Origin: Syntrophales bacterium
Lineage (GTDB): Bacteria > Desulfobacterota > Syntrophia > Syntrophales > PHBD01
Assembly (NCBI GenBank): GCA_963668175.1
Contig: OY764159.1
Span: 3,904,001-3,968,000 of the forward strand
DNA: 64,000 nt
Reading direction: 5' to 3'
Made by a program: the position numbers and the translations under genes. Below, in pieces: positions 49,014-58,098 of the stretch. The notes below the pieces were generated by a model, which saw nothing but the letters and a program-made list of their open reading frames with translations, was not told the origin of the DNA and did no database searches. The first letter of the stretch is position 1; every line of letters starts with the position of its first letter.

Positions 49014-49511
49014 TTATTTAGGTGCAATAATCAGGCCGGATTCGGAAGCTGTCTTCTCCTCCGTACCATCCTGTTGCTGGGCCGTCGCCCCGGAATCCTT
49101 TTCCTCATCAGCCCGACTATTCTCAGTCCCGTTTTTATCGGGCGGAATGGTCAGGTGATCAATCTCCCTTCTCAAAGCCGCAAAGCTTTTGAGCATCTGC
49201 ACTCTTTCTTTGCTGCCCTCAAGAAAAGGGGGGTAGTTTTTGATGATTTCTTCCGGCTGCCCCTTTGTCCTGATCGGAACCTCTTCGGCCTTATTTTCGG
49301 CGGCATTGGGCTTCGTCATGTCTACAGCTTTCTCGCTGATACTCAGCTTGACGCCTTCGTTTTTGGCCGATTCCGGAGACGTGCCGTTTTTAAGAGCAAC
49401 CGTATCTTCCGCAACGGCATCCCTTTTGGCCGTTCCCCGAGCATCCGGAGACGAATAAACCCGGGTATATTCATATGAAGGGCTCGCATCATTAATTTTG
49501 CCGATAGCCAT
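49014..49511 (-). CDS. Hypothetical protein between flagellin and flbT
   Basis: 165-aa ORF with AAGAGG RBS, co-oriented with its neighbours; ordered core IIKNYPPF..ERVQMLKSFAALRREIDHLTIPP. Confidence 0.7.
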   Translation of the reverse strand: MAIGKINDASPSYEYTRVYSSPDARGTAKRDAVAEDTVALKNGTSPESAKNEGVKLSISEKAVDMTKPNAAENKAEEVPIRTKGQPEEIIKNYPPFLEGSKERVQMLKSFAALRREIDHLTIPPDKNGTENSRADEEKDSGATAQQQDGTEEKTASESGLIIAPK

Positions 49512-49530
49512 CGTCGTCTGCCTCTTATTG

Positions 49531-49563
49531 AAAGGCGGGAGGAAGCATTTGCTCCCCCCCGCC
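49531..49563 (-). terminator. Intrinsic terminator / stem-loop after flagellin
   Basis: Minus strand GGCGGGGGGGAGC-AAAT-GCTTCCTCCCGCC-TTT forms a 13-bp stem with two G-U pairs and a short U tail, 35 nt after the flagellin stop. Confidence 0.75.
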
Positions 49564-49598
49564 GTCGATTAGCGTCTATCTTGACTACGTATCATCTA

Positions 49599-50432
49599 CT
49601 AGAACAGTTTCAGAATCGACTGGGCGGCCTGAGATGCCAGACTCAGAGAGGTGATGCCAAGGGATTGACGGGTCTGCAGCATCAGCATGTTCGCCGATTC
49701 CTCGTTCATATCGGCCAGCGTGAGGTTATCGGAACCAGTCTGTTCGACATTGATGACGTTCGTCGTGAAAGTCTGCCGTGTCGTAACGACGTTAAGGTTT
49801 GACGCAAGGCTCGAAGCCTGGGTTCGTAAGTTCGTCGTTGCCGTCGTGAGGAACGTAAGGGCTGTTTCCATAACGGCATTGGTCGTCGTGGCCCAGTTTG
49901 AGATCTGGGCTGCGAAGCTCAAGCTCAGGTTGGCCAGGGTTCTCGCTTCAAAACCGGCGATATCGAGTTTGGCAGATCCGTCTTCGTTGAACTTAACGGT
50001 CAGCGTCGTCGTGGAGGCAAGGAGGTTCGTGCCCTTATAACTCGAGTCTTTAGCCAGGGATGTGATCTGACTCATGATCGTATCGAACTGCGTTGCGTAA
50101 GACGCTCTGGATGCCGTATCAGCCGTGGCAAGGGCCGAGTTGGCAATACCTTGCGCCTGCTGGATCAAAGTCAGGAGGCGATCAATACCTTCACTGGCCG
50201 CCTTGACTGTCTGGACAGCTTCCGACATACCGTCCTTTCTCAGGGAAAGGTCGCTGGCACGCTGCAAATGGGATTTGGATGCAAAATAGTTGACGGGGTC
50301 GTCGACGGCGGTGTTGACTTTCTTACCCGAGGCCAGTCTTGTTTGGGTTCGGTTCAAGAGGTCCAGGGTATCCTGTAGAGAAACCAGGTTGCTACGCATT
50401 CCGGTGGTTAACGAAATATCATTAACTGACAT
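49599..50432 (-). CDS. fliC: Flagellin (277 aa, alphaproteobacterial-like termini)
   Basis: N-terminus NLVSLQ.T..LL.RTQ.RLASGKKVN.A.DDP..YF; C-terminus ADMNEESANML.LQTRQ.LG..SLSLA.QA.QSILKLF; AAGGAG RBS. Confidence 0.95.
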   Translation of the reverse strand: MSVNDISLTTGMRSNLVSLQDTLDLLNRTQTRLASGKKVNTAVDDPVNYFASKSHLQRASDLSLRKDGMSEAVQTVKAASEGIDRLLTLIQQAQGIANSALATADTASRASYATQFDTIMSQITSLAKDSSYKGTNLLASTTTLTVKFNEDGSAKLDIAGFEARTLANLSLSFAAQISNWATTTNAVMETALTFLTTATTNLRTQASSLASNLNVVTTRQTFTTNVINVEQTGSDNLTLADMNEESANMLMLQTRQSLGITSLSLASQAAQSILKLF

Positions 50433-50584
50433 TGTATATCTCCTTTTCTAGGTTTTTATCCCTTGGTATTCTTCCAAAGGTCTTTGTTATATTAAATTAA
50501 ATGGTTACTTTAACTGCTGGATGTTACCGAAACTTCCTTACCGCTTACTCGATACACCTCCTTTCTTCAACGGCTTTATTACTG

Positions 50585-50611
50585 TTATCGGTTTTCCTGC
50601 GACAAACTTTA
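50585..50611 (-). promoter_or_regulatory. sigma28 (FliA) promoter of flagellin
   Basis: Minus strand TAAAGTTT-GTCGCAGGAAA-ACCGATAA equals TAAA-N15-(A)CCGATAA. Confidence 0.85.
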
Positions 50612-50650
50612 GCATTTTCTTTGCTTAAGATTGATCTTTATCCCTTTTCC

Positions 50651-52123
50651 TCACTTAATATAATCCAGGATCGTCAAGCTGCCTATTTTGGAAGCAATCG
50701 TATAGGTGGCCTCCAGGGCCGTTTGCTTCATTTTATAATCTGCAATCATCGCGGTCATATCCGTGTCTTCGATGTTCGACTTCAAATCGGCGATTTTATT
50801 GGACAGAACAGTATAACTGTCTTTCCAGGTTTTCAGAGACTGCTCTTTGAAGCCGAGTTTGGTGATGATTGTATTGATATTGGTCTGATCGGATTGGAGA
50901 TTCGCGACATATTTATCGACTTCGGTCGTATTCCCGCTCAGGATCGCCTGTTTCAGGCTTTTGAGGTTGGTCAAGAGGTCTTCGTAGGCTGTGTCGCCGG
51001 GGACATTGCAGCTGATGGTTCTGCCTTGACCTATATCGATACTCAGACTATCGCTATTTCCGTGATAGAAACCCGGTGCTTTGGCATCGACGCTGAACAT
51101 GTCGTTAACGGCGAAGGTTCCCGCCGTGAAATTGAGGCTGACGCCGTTCGTCAGATTGACCGTTCCTCCGGCGGGCACGGTCCCTCCGGCCGTCCATGTC
51201 TTGCCGCTGTCCGTGGAATAACTATAGGTGGCAACCCCCAATCCCCCGGCCCCTGTGATCTTAACATTATAGGTCTTATTCGTACTGCCCGTATAGGGTC
51301 CCGTCCCTGAAGTGACGGTTCCGGCATAGGTATTGCCTGTAGCTGCAACAGCCGGTTCGATTGCGGCAGAGGTGAAAGCATGAACGGTGAATTGGTCCCC
51401 GGTCGTAAGCCCGGTCGTACCGTCGTTGATGAAGGTCAAATTCAGCCCCCCGTCTGCATCGGCACTGTCTGTAAGTTTAATCGTACCCGATACGGGAACG
51501 GTCGATGTAGTTCCCCATGTGGCACCGCCGTCCGACGAAATCCGGTATGTCGCCGTTCCCAAGGCACCCCCATTGACGATCTGCACCAGATAATCCTTGT
51601 CGGCATCCTCGGTAAAAACGCCCCCTGCCACCGTCCGGCCGTTAAAGGCGTGGCCTCCGGCGTCGATTGTGGGGTCCGTTACATCCGTAAACGGCTTGGT
51701 TCCGGTCATCGAACCTGAAAAAAGATAGCGATTGTCCAATTTTGAATTGGCACTGGCTATGATGGCCTCCATGATTTGCTGGACCGACTCGGCCAAGGCA
51801 GCATTCTCGCTGGCGCTGCCGTTTGTAAAGCCAGCGCCGATATTCGTCGCCTGGCTGACCAGATCGTTTACATCCTCCAGGCATGTTTCGGTCATCGACG
51901 CCCAGGTATTGGCGTTGGCGATATTGGTCTGATATTGCTCGATCGAAGACAGCGATGACCGATAGTTGAGAATCTTGCCCATGCCGACGGGATCGTCCGA
52001 CGGCCGGTTGACTTTCTTCTCGGAAGATATCTGTTCCAGGTCCTTGGCATTGGCCAGTTCGACCTTGATCAAGCTGCTCATGAGCATACTGAAGCGCATT
52101 TGTTCCGAGACACGTGTAATCAT
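50651..52123 (-). CDS. flgL: Flagellar hook-associated protein 3
   Basis: QISSEKKVNRPSDDPV, ANSKLDNRYLFSGS.T.TKPF, C-terminal SNIEDTD....LTILDYI; follows flgK. Confidence 0.92.
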   Translation of the reverse strand: MITRVSEQMRFSMLMSSLIKVELANAKDLEQISSEKKVNRPSDDPVGMGKILNYRSSLSSIEQYQTNIANANTWASMTETCLEDVNDLVSQATNIGAGFTNGSASENAALAESVQQIMEAIIASANSKLDNRYLFSGSMTGTKPFTDVTDPTIDAGGHAFNGRTVAGGVFTEDADKDYLVQIVNGGALGTATYRISSDGGATWGTTSTVPVSGTIKLTDSADADGGLNLTFINDGTTGLTTGDQFTVHAFTSAAIEPAVAATGNTYAGTVTSGTGPYTGSTNKTYNVKITGAGGLGVATYSYSTDSGKTWTAGGTVPAGGTVNLTNGVSLNFTAGTFAVNDMFSVDAKAPGFYHGNSDSLSIDIGQGRTISCNVPGDTAYEDLLTNLKSLKQAILSGNTTEVDKYVANLQSDQTNINTIITKLGFKEQSLKTWKDSYTVLSNKIADLKSNIEDTDMTAMIADYKMKQTALEATYTIASKIGSLTILDYIK

Positions 52124-52141
52124 AGCTACTCTCTCCGCTAA

Positions 52142-53830
52142 TCACTGGATAATGTTCATCAAAGTGTCCATCATTTCATTAAGAACGGTACTTAATCTCG
52201 CTGCCGCCGTATAACCTTGCTGATATTTCGTCAGGGTCATCATCTCCTCGTCGAGGGAAACGCCGGATATCTGTTCCCGCTGGGTATTCATAGATGTGAG
52301 CAACGCCGTCTGGTGTGTGGAACTGCTGCTGGCCGTCGAAACATCCTGCCCCAGACCGCTTACGAAGGCGCTGTAGTATTCGCCCATGGTTGCGGTCCCG
52401 TTCATAACCGTCGTGTCGGCCCCCAGGGCGCTGATAAGCGCTGCGTTTTTACCGTCTGCATTGACGGTCGACGAGGCAGCAATCGTGGAAGGATCGTTGG
52501 ATATGGTTGAATTCACTACAAGATTGGCAGAAGAACTGTGTACTCTGACCAGGAACTGATCCCCCGCCGCAAAAGTTCCGGCCGTAAAGGACATTGTCGC
52601 ACCGGAACCCAATGTGATCGTGGCGGCCGTCGTCTGTGTTGCGCCCCAGGTCGTTCCACCATCGGTCGATATCTGGTAAGTCGCCGCCCCTATGGCGCCT
52701 CCGGCTACGATTCTGACAAGGTAATTGGTGGCGCTGTTGCCCGTATAGGTTCCTCCGGACGTGGCCGTACCGGCGTAGGTGTTCTGCCCATAGGCGTAAG
52801 GGGAATCGATCGCAATATTATTCGTCGCCGTGGCACCGGTGATCTGGAAAAAGTCGCCGCCGACATTCCCGTTGACGTCGTATCCCGCTTTGCTCTGCGT
52901 GTTGACGGTGTTAACCAGGCGCGTCGTCAGACTGTCCAGGCTGTCAAGATAACCCGCAATCGTCGAATCGCGCAACGTGAGGAGGGAACCAAGCGTGCCC
53001 TTGGTAACGGTATTGTTGATTACGGACGAGTCCGCCTGATAGACGATATCGTAATACCCGCTGTTGGTCGTATTGCCTTTTACGTCCAACAGATAAGTCT
53101 TTCCTCCTTCGACCAGCGGCTTTCCGTCGGCGAGGAAAATATTCATCTGCCCGGTACTGTCTTCCGTGAATTGAACATTGATTTGCTTGCTCAGATCCTC
53201 CATGAGGAGCATCCGCTGGTCCCGCAGATCGCTGGCGTTGCCGTTGTCCTGTTCCACAATGGCTATTTGACCATTCAAGTCGGCAATTTTCTTGATGTCG
53301 TCATTAACCGTGGTGATGGCTGTCTTTATATTGGCATTGGCATCCTGCTGAATGCTCTTCAGGCTCTTTGCCGTCTGGCTGATCGCAGTAGCGAGATTCT
53401 GACCGGCATCGGCAACGGCCTGTTGGTTGACGAGACTGGTCGGATCCTGCGACAAATTCGACCATGCATCCCAGAACTCTCCCAGCATGGAGCTGATTCC
53501 GGTGCCGGAGCTTTCGTTGATGATGGTTTCAATGTTATTCAGATAGGATGATGTGGTATCCGTAAAGCCGATGTTACTGTATTGGCCGATGATCTGTGCA
53601 TCGAGGTATATATTGGACATCCGCTGGATATCCGTCATCTTGACGCTGGTCTGGCCGACGTCGGCAGCCGTGGATCCCTTTACGGATGAGGGCGTGAACA
53701 TCGCCCGCAGTCGCGTATAGCCTTCCGTATCGACATTCGCGATATTCGAGCCCGTAACGTTGATAGCGGCCAGATTGGCCAGCAAAGCATCCTTGGCCGT
53801 GTTCCATGCACTGTTGATACCTGCAACCAT
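52142..53830 (-). CDS. flgK: Flagellar hook-associated protein 1
   Basis: NVTGSNIANVDTEGYTR, DLRDQR..L, SGVSLDEEM..L.KYQ.GY.AAAR. Confidence 0.95.
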   Translation of the reverse strand: MVAGINSAWNTAKDALLANLAAINVTGSNIANVDTEGYTRLRAMFTPSSVKGSTAADVGQTSVKMTDIQRMSNIYLDAQIIGQYSNIGFTDTTSSYLNNIETIINESSGTGISSMLGEFWDAWSNLSQDPTSLVNQQAVADAGQNLATAISQTAKSLKSIQQDANANIKTAITTVNDDIKKIADLNGQIAIVEQDNGNASDLRDQRMLLMEDLSKQINVQFTEDSTGQMNIFLADGKPLVEGGKTYLLDVKGNTTNSGYYDIVYQADSSVINNTVTKGTLGSLLTLRDSTIAGYLDSLDSLTTRLVNTVNTQSKAGYDVNGNVGGDFFQITGATATNNIAIDSPYAYGQNTYAGTATSGGTYTGNSATNYLVRIVAGGAIGAATYQISTDGGTTWGATQTTAATITLGSGATMSFTAGTFAAGDQFLVRVHSSSANLVVNSTISNDPSTIAASSTVNADGKNAALISALGADTTVMNGTATMGEYYSAFVSGLGQDVSTASSSSTHQTALLTSMNTQREQISGVSLDEEMMTLTKYQQGYTAAARLSTVLNEMMDTLMNIIQ

Positions 53831-53833
53831 GAT

Positions 53834-54391
53834 TTATCCCTCCGCGTTCAGGAATCTTCCGTTCGGGTTCAGCGTCGCCATCTTGCCTTCGCCGGAGTAA
53901 GTATTGCCGGCAAAGATGATGCTGTGCAGGAAATTGATGGATCCGACGATGGATTGAAGCGATATGCTCATAAATTCCATATTGTTGCGGTTTGTTCGGT
54001 TGATATCCGCAACCAGCTTGCTAAGGATGGACTGGCAGGCCTTTAAGGCCCTTTTTCTTTCATCGTCGGCGTAGGTGCAAAGCAACGTCATATGGATGTC
54101 GTTGCCCGTATAGCCGACCATCCTGGCGATCTTTTTCGAGGTGTTCATCTTCACCTCTTCGAGCATTTTCGCCTTTAAAATAACCGTTTCCTTTTTCGTA
54201 TTGCTGGCAATCAGTTCATCGACGGAAGATTTCTTCAGAACGTCCTTCTCGGCCAGCACGGTCTCGCGCAATTCGCGATAAACATCGATTTCCTGACGGA
54301 GGGTCACCAACAGCGCATCGAAAAGCGCCGTCAGTTCCGTTTCCTGCCCGAGATTTTCGGTGTTCTGAATTTCTTGGCCTGCATTCAACAT
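53834..54391 (-). CDS. flgN: Flagellar export chaperone FlgN
   Basis: Helical protein between flgM and flgK ending N..N....TY...G; ATG 54391 with GAGGAG RBS. Confidence 0.75.
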   Translation of the reverse strand: MLNAGQEIQNTENLGQETELTALFDALLVTLRQEIDVYRELRETVLAEKDVLKKSSVDELIASNTKKETVILKAKMLEEVKMNTSKKIARMVGYTGNDIHMTLLCTYADDERKRALKACQSILSKLVADINRTNRNNMEFMSISLQSIVGSINFLHSIIFAGNTYSGEGKMATLNPNGRFLNAEG

Positions 54392-54424
54392 ACGCTGCTC
54401 CTCACATGATTTTTGATCATGTAA

Positions 54425-54440
54425 TGAAAAACTCATGCCA
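54425..54440 (-). promoter_or_regulatory. Possible sigma54 promoter for flgN-flgK-flgL (non-canonical -12)
   Basis: Minus strand TGGCATGAGTTTTTCA has a good -24 element but TC instead of GC at -12; suitably placed upstream of the flgN RBS. Confidence 0.45.
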
Positions 54441-54642
54441 ATCATGCAAAAATATGAGCGCCCTCAGCAAAGACAAATAATCATCTAATATCATTCTGTT
54501 ACAAATTTGTTTCTGTGGCCGCAAATCAAACTTCATGATCGTGCCCGTTAAACCTTATCCAAAAATACATGTAGATGGGAGAATTTTGCTGGCTGGAGAG
54601 AATAAGACGGCATATTTTGCCGGAAGGATTCGGTATCGACGG

Positions 54643-54942
54643 TTAAGCAAAAATGTCCAGCAGCGATTCACTCACCATCTTCTCCGCGATCTTCTCTCCG
54701 CTGACATTGTAGGTACCTTCGTTGATCTGTTTCTTGATTTGCTGAACCTTATCTTCCCGAACATCCGGAATGTTATCCAAGGCTTTTTTGATCTGATTGA
54801 AATCCTTAACATCGCTGGAAAGTTCAATCTTTTCGTTTTGCGGGAATGCACCGCCCGTCTTGGTCTCTTTTTTTATATTATCGGCAGTCCGGTAGGCATC
54901 GACCAGATTTGCAGTTGTTTCATTGGTATTGGAAACTTTCAT
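54643..54942 (-). CDS. flgM: Anti-sigma28 factor FlgM
   Basis: KIELS..PDVREDKV..IK.QI..GTY.V..EKIAEKM; ATG 54942. Confidence 0.92.
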   Translation of the reverse strand: MKVSNTNETTANLVDAYRTADNIKKETKTGGAFPQNEKIELSSDVKDFNQIKKALDNIPDVREDKVQQIKKQINEGTYNVSGEKIAEKMVSESLLDIFA

Positions 54943-54974
54943 GATTTGCTGTCTCCACATGGGATTTACTGATC

Positions 54975-55002
54975 TTATCGGCAAATCCGGCCCGTAACTT
55001 TA
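54975..55002 (-). promoter_or_regulatory. sigma28 promoter of flgM
   Basis: Minus strand TAAA-N16-GCCGATAA (TAAAGTTACGGGCCGGATTTGCCGATAA). Confidence 0.8.
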
Positions 55003-55015
55003 ATAAATATTTGTA

Positions 55016-55354
55016 TTACCGGACAGAACTGCCCGGATGCGACTTCGTGAACTGATCGTAGAGAACCTTCTGCAAACCCAGACCCTTATGGGTTCTGGCC
55101 ACATCGTCGGCGATCTGCCGGTCCATCAGCATATTGATTGTATCTCTCCCCGGATTGCTTTTCAGGAGGCCGCTCTGGGGGATGGTGTTACGCATTGTTT
55201 TAAGCATGTTATAAACCAGGAGAGATTCAAAATCGGCACAGGCTTTTTTCAGGCGTTTCTTTTCTTCTGCGCTTTTCTTATCGGACGCCTGTTCACGGGC
55301 CGTCCTGCCCGGCCCTGCATCCTGGTTTTGACTTACAGCATTGATTTCATTCAT
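55016..55354 (-). CDS. flgJ: Short FlgJ (rod-binding domain only)
   Basis: LKKACADFESLLV..MLKTMR.T.P.SG..M.D.QIA..GLGL...LY.Q; follows flgI; no muramidase domain. Confidence 0.85.
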   Translation of the reverse strand: MNEINAVSQNQDAGPGRTAREQASDKKSAEEKKRLKKACADFESLLVYNMLKTMRNTIPQSGLLKSNPGRDTINMLMDRQIADDVARTHKGLGLQKVLYDQFTKSHPGSSVR

Positions 55355-55366
55355 AATTAATAATTT

Positions 55367-56542
55367 TCAGATGACCCTTAAGTCCGCCTGCAGGGCCCCG
55401 GCGGCCTTGATGGTCTGCATGATCGTGATGAGATCGCGGGGCGTAACACCGATGGCGTTGAGGGCCCGCACGACGTCCTGGATCGTGACGCCCCTCGGGA
55501 CAAGCATCAACTGTCTTTTGGTCTCTTCCTGAGAAATGGTTGTCTCTTTCGTCACGACCGTTTGACCTCCCGGAGCGACAATGGTTTCATCCTGACCAGT
55601 AATCGGTGTTCTCCCCCGCGGAGGTCTCGGAGCGAACGGCAACGGCTGAGACACTTTCGATTCTTCCTTGATCTGGATACTCAAATTTCCATGGGAAACG
55701 GCAACGGTTGATATGCGGACATTTTCGCCCATCACGACCGTACCCGTCTTTTCGTTCATGACCACAACAGCCACCGAATCCACCGGACAGTCGAGATTCT
55801 CGATGACGGAAACCAGTTGGACAACGTTGCCGTTATACGGTTCCTTCACATGAACGACGATCGAGGATGAATCGATTAAATCGGCATCGATCCCGGACAC
55901 TGCTTTCCGAATGATCGAGGAAAGGCGGCTTGCCGTTGTGAAATCCGGCTGATTCAGATTGACGGTAAAAGAACGGAGACGGTCGAAGGCGTATTTCAGC
56001 TCTTTTTCGACAAAAGCCCCGCCGGCTATCCGGCCCACACTGGTATGGTTCACCGTGGACGTACCTGCCGCCCCTGCCGCCAGATAACCGCCGAGGATGA
56101 TATTCCCCTGAGCCACGGCATAAATCTCGCCATCGGCACCGCGAAGGGGGGTCATCAGCAACGTTCCCCCCTGGAGACTCTTGGCGTCGCCCAGAGAAGA
56201 AACGACCACGTCAATTTTAGATCCGATCTTCGCAAATGGAGGCAGAGAGGCCGTCACGATGACCGCCGCCGTATTGTTCGCTTTAAGGACCTTGTCTTTC
56301 ATCGCCAGGCCCTGCCTGCTCAACATATTGGCAATGGAGGCATCGGTGAAACCGTTCTTGATGTTGTCGCCTGTGCCGGCAAGACCGACGACGAGGCCGT
56401 AGCCGATTAATTGGTTGTCACGGACGCCGCTGATATTGGCTATGTCCTTGACCCGGGCTGCGTAGGCGCCGACCGGCACCAGCATCATGATACACGCGAA
56501 TGCCGCCGCAATCTTGATTATCCCATTCCTCTTCACAATCAT
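55367..56542 (-). CDS. flgI: Flagellar P-ring protein
   Basis: RVKDIA..GVRDNQLIGYGLVVGL.GTGD, GDAKSLQGGTLL.TPL, LNAIGVTPRDLI.I.Q.IKAAGAL. Confidence 0.97.
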   Translation of the reverse strand: MIVKRNGIIKIAAAFACIMMLVPVGAYAARVKDIANISGVRDNQLIGYGLVVGLAGTGDNIKNGFTDASIANMLSRQGLAMKDKVLKANNTAAVIVTASLPPFAKIGSKIDVVVSSLGDAKSLQGGTLLMTPLRGADGEIYAVAQGNIILGGYLAAGAAGTSTVNHTSVGRIAGGAFVEKELKYAFDRLRSFTVNLNQPDFTTASRLSSIIRKAVSGIDADLIDSSSIVVHVKEPYNGNVVQLVSVIENLDCPVDSVAVVVMNEKTGTVVMGENVRISTVAVSHGNLSIQIKEESKVSQPLPFAPRPPRGRTPITGQDETIVAPGGQTVVTKETTISQEETKRQLMLVPRGVTIQDVVRALNAIGVTPRDLITIMQTIKAAGALQADLRVI

Positions 56543-56558
56543 TACCTCACTTCAGCAT

Positions 56559-57341
56559 TTAGAAGGGCCACACCCAGTCGATGATCCTGGTGAGCCAACC
56601 CGGTTTCATCTTGTCGTTGACCGTGCCCTGACCGGTATAGAAGATTTTCGCATCGGCGATGTACTTCGACTGTACCGTATTGTCGAAAGCGATATCGTCG
56701 GGCCTGATGATACCGGTGATGATCAGGTACTGATCCTCTGCATTCACGGTCACCTGCCTTTTGCCTTCGATGATCAGGTTGCCGTTATCCAGAACATGGA
56801 TAACCCTGGCCGTCATGCTCGCCTTCAACAACGTATCGCGGTTGGTATCCCCCTTGCCTGTCAGTTTGTTGACATTCGACCCGCCCATCTGCAGGCCGAG
56901 GTTATTGCTGCTGGCCAGGATGGCCGGATTAAGTCCCAGTACGCCCCGCAAACCGTCCGAAAGGGGATTTTTCAGATATGCTTCCAATACATCGGAGTTC
57001 AATCCCAAAAGGCTGTCTATCTTTGCCAGGGTATTCGAATTCTTTTCCGTTTCCGTTTTTGCCTTGTTCTGGCCTGTCGAAACCTCGGAAATGACGATGG
57101 TTACCAAGTCGTCGACGTATTTTGCCTTATTGTCCGTATAGAGCATATTGCTGTTTTTCGCTCCGTTCCAGATCGATCCGGCCGCCGGTTGTATCTTCGG
57201 TACCGGAGGCGCAACGACGACCTCCCTCTTGACCTCGGGCTGCGTCGCACAACCCGCAAAAACCAGAGCGAACAAGAGACCCAGTCCCGAATGCGTCAGG
57301 ACCGTCGTAAGCGAACTGCGGCGATTCCTATGTTGAAACAT
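56559..57341 (-). CDS. flgH: Flagellar L-ring lipoprotein
   Basis: Lipobox FAGC, D.KA..VDD.VTI.I.E, VL.NGNL.IEG, GIIRP.DI..N.V.S..IADA; ATG 57341 with GAGGAG RBS. Confidence 0.95.
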   Translation of the reverse strand: MFQHRNRRSSLTTVLTHSGLGLLFALVFAGCATQPEVKREVVVAPPVPKIQPAAGSIWNGAKNSNMLYTDNKAKYVDDLVTIVISEVSTGQNKAKTETEKNSNTLAKIDSLLGLNSDVLEAYLKNPLSDGLRGVLGLNPAILASSNNLGLQMGGSNVNKLTGKGDTNRDTLLKASMTARVIHVLDNGNLIIEGKRQVTVNAEDQYLIITGIIRPDDIAFDNTVQSKYIADAKIFYTGQGTVNDKMKPGWLTRIIDWVWPF

Positions 57342-57352
57342 GACCCTGCTCC

Positions 57353-58093
57353 TCAAAATTCCACCCCGACAAGCGATTCTCCCAAAACCCTCGCGTAAAT
57401 CGTTTTTCGGGACGATATATTCTTGACCCTGATTATGGACCCCTGCATACCGTCTTCTTCCGACAGGCCCAAGGCTGCAATCTGCATAGGTCCCGTATCG
57501 AGGACGATCTTCACCATCTTCCCCCTCTTGACCATAACGGGCTCTTTCAGCATGTTACGGGTGATCTCCACATTCGGACGGATGGACATACCCATTCTCT
57601 TTCCTACAACCTCGCCCAGTTCCGAAACAACGTTCAACGGAATCTGCTTGAACCACTTTTTTACAAGCTGTACGTCTTCGATCTTGATGATCCGATCCCT
57701 GTTCAACACCTTTTCGCTGACGACGACTTCCCGGGCCACTTCCATGACGAGCCGGATCGGCTCCTCCCGGATCAGATAGCCGCGATTGTAGAATCGAATC
57801 GCAAACAGTCCGTCCCCGATGAACCCGTCGTTAAGTTTCGTTACGACCTCGTGGGTGATCCTGTCCCCGGTGATATCCAGAGCGTTGAGCTTCATTGGGT
57901 AAACGATTCGGAGTTCGCCTTTCGGCCAGGGCATATTGGCTTCGATGTGGCTCTGCATGATGGCCTTGATTTTGCCCTCATCGTACCGAACAGTCTCCGA
58001 AGCCTGGAGATTCGTACCGGCAAACAACACGGCCGCAACGATCAATGCCGGGATATGCCATCCGATCCATTTTTTAAGGCTGTAAACGGCCAT
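57353..58093 (-). CDS. flgA: P-ring formation chaperone FlgA
   Basis: Signal peptide; C-terminal SAF-like P.MVKRG..V.I..G...EDG..G..IRVKN..S; lies between flgG and flgH. Confidence 0.9.
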   Translation of the reverse strand: MAVYSLKKWIGWHIPALIVAAVLFAGTNLQASETVRYDEGKIKAIMQSHIEANMPWPKGELRIVYPMKLNALDITGDRITHEVVTKLNDGFIGDGLFAIRFYNRGYLIREEPIRLVMEVAREVVVSEKVLNRDRIIKIEDVQLVKKWFKQIPLNVVSELGEVVGKRMGMSIRPNVEITRNMLKEPVMVKRGKMVKIVLDTGPMQIAALGLSEEDGMQGSIIRVKNISSRKTIYARVLGESLVGVEF

Positions 58094-58098
58094 GAGAA

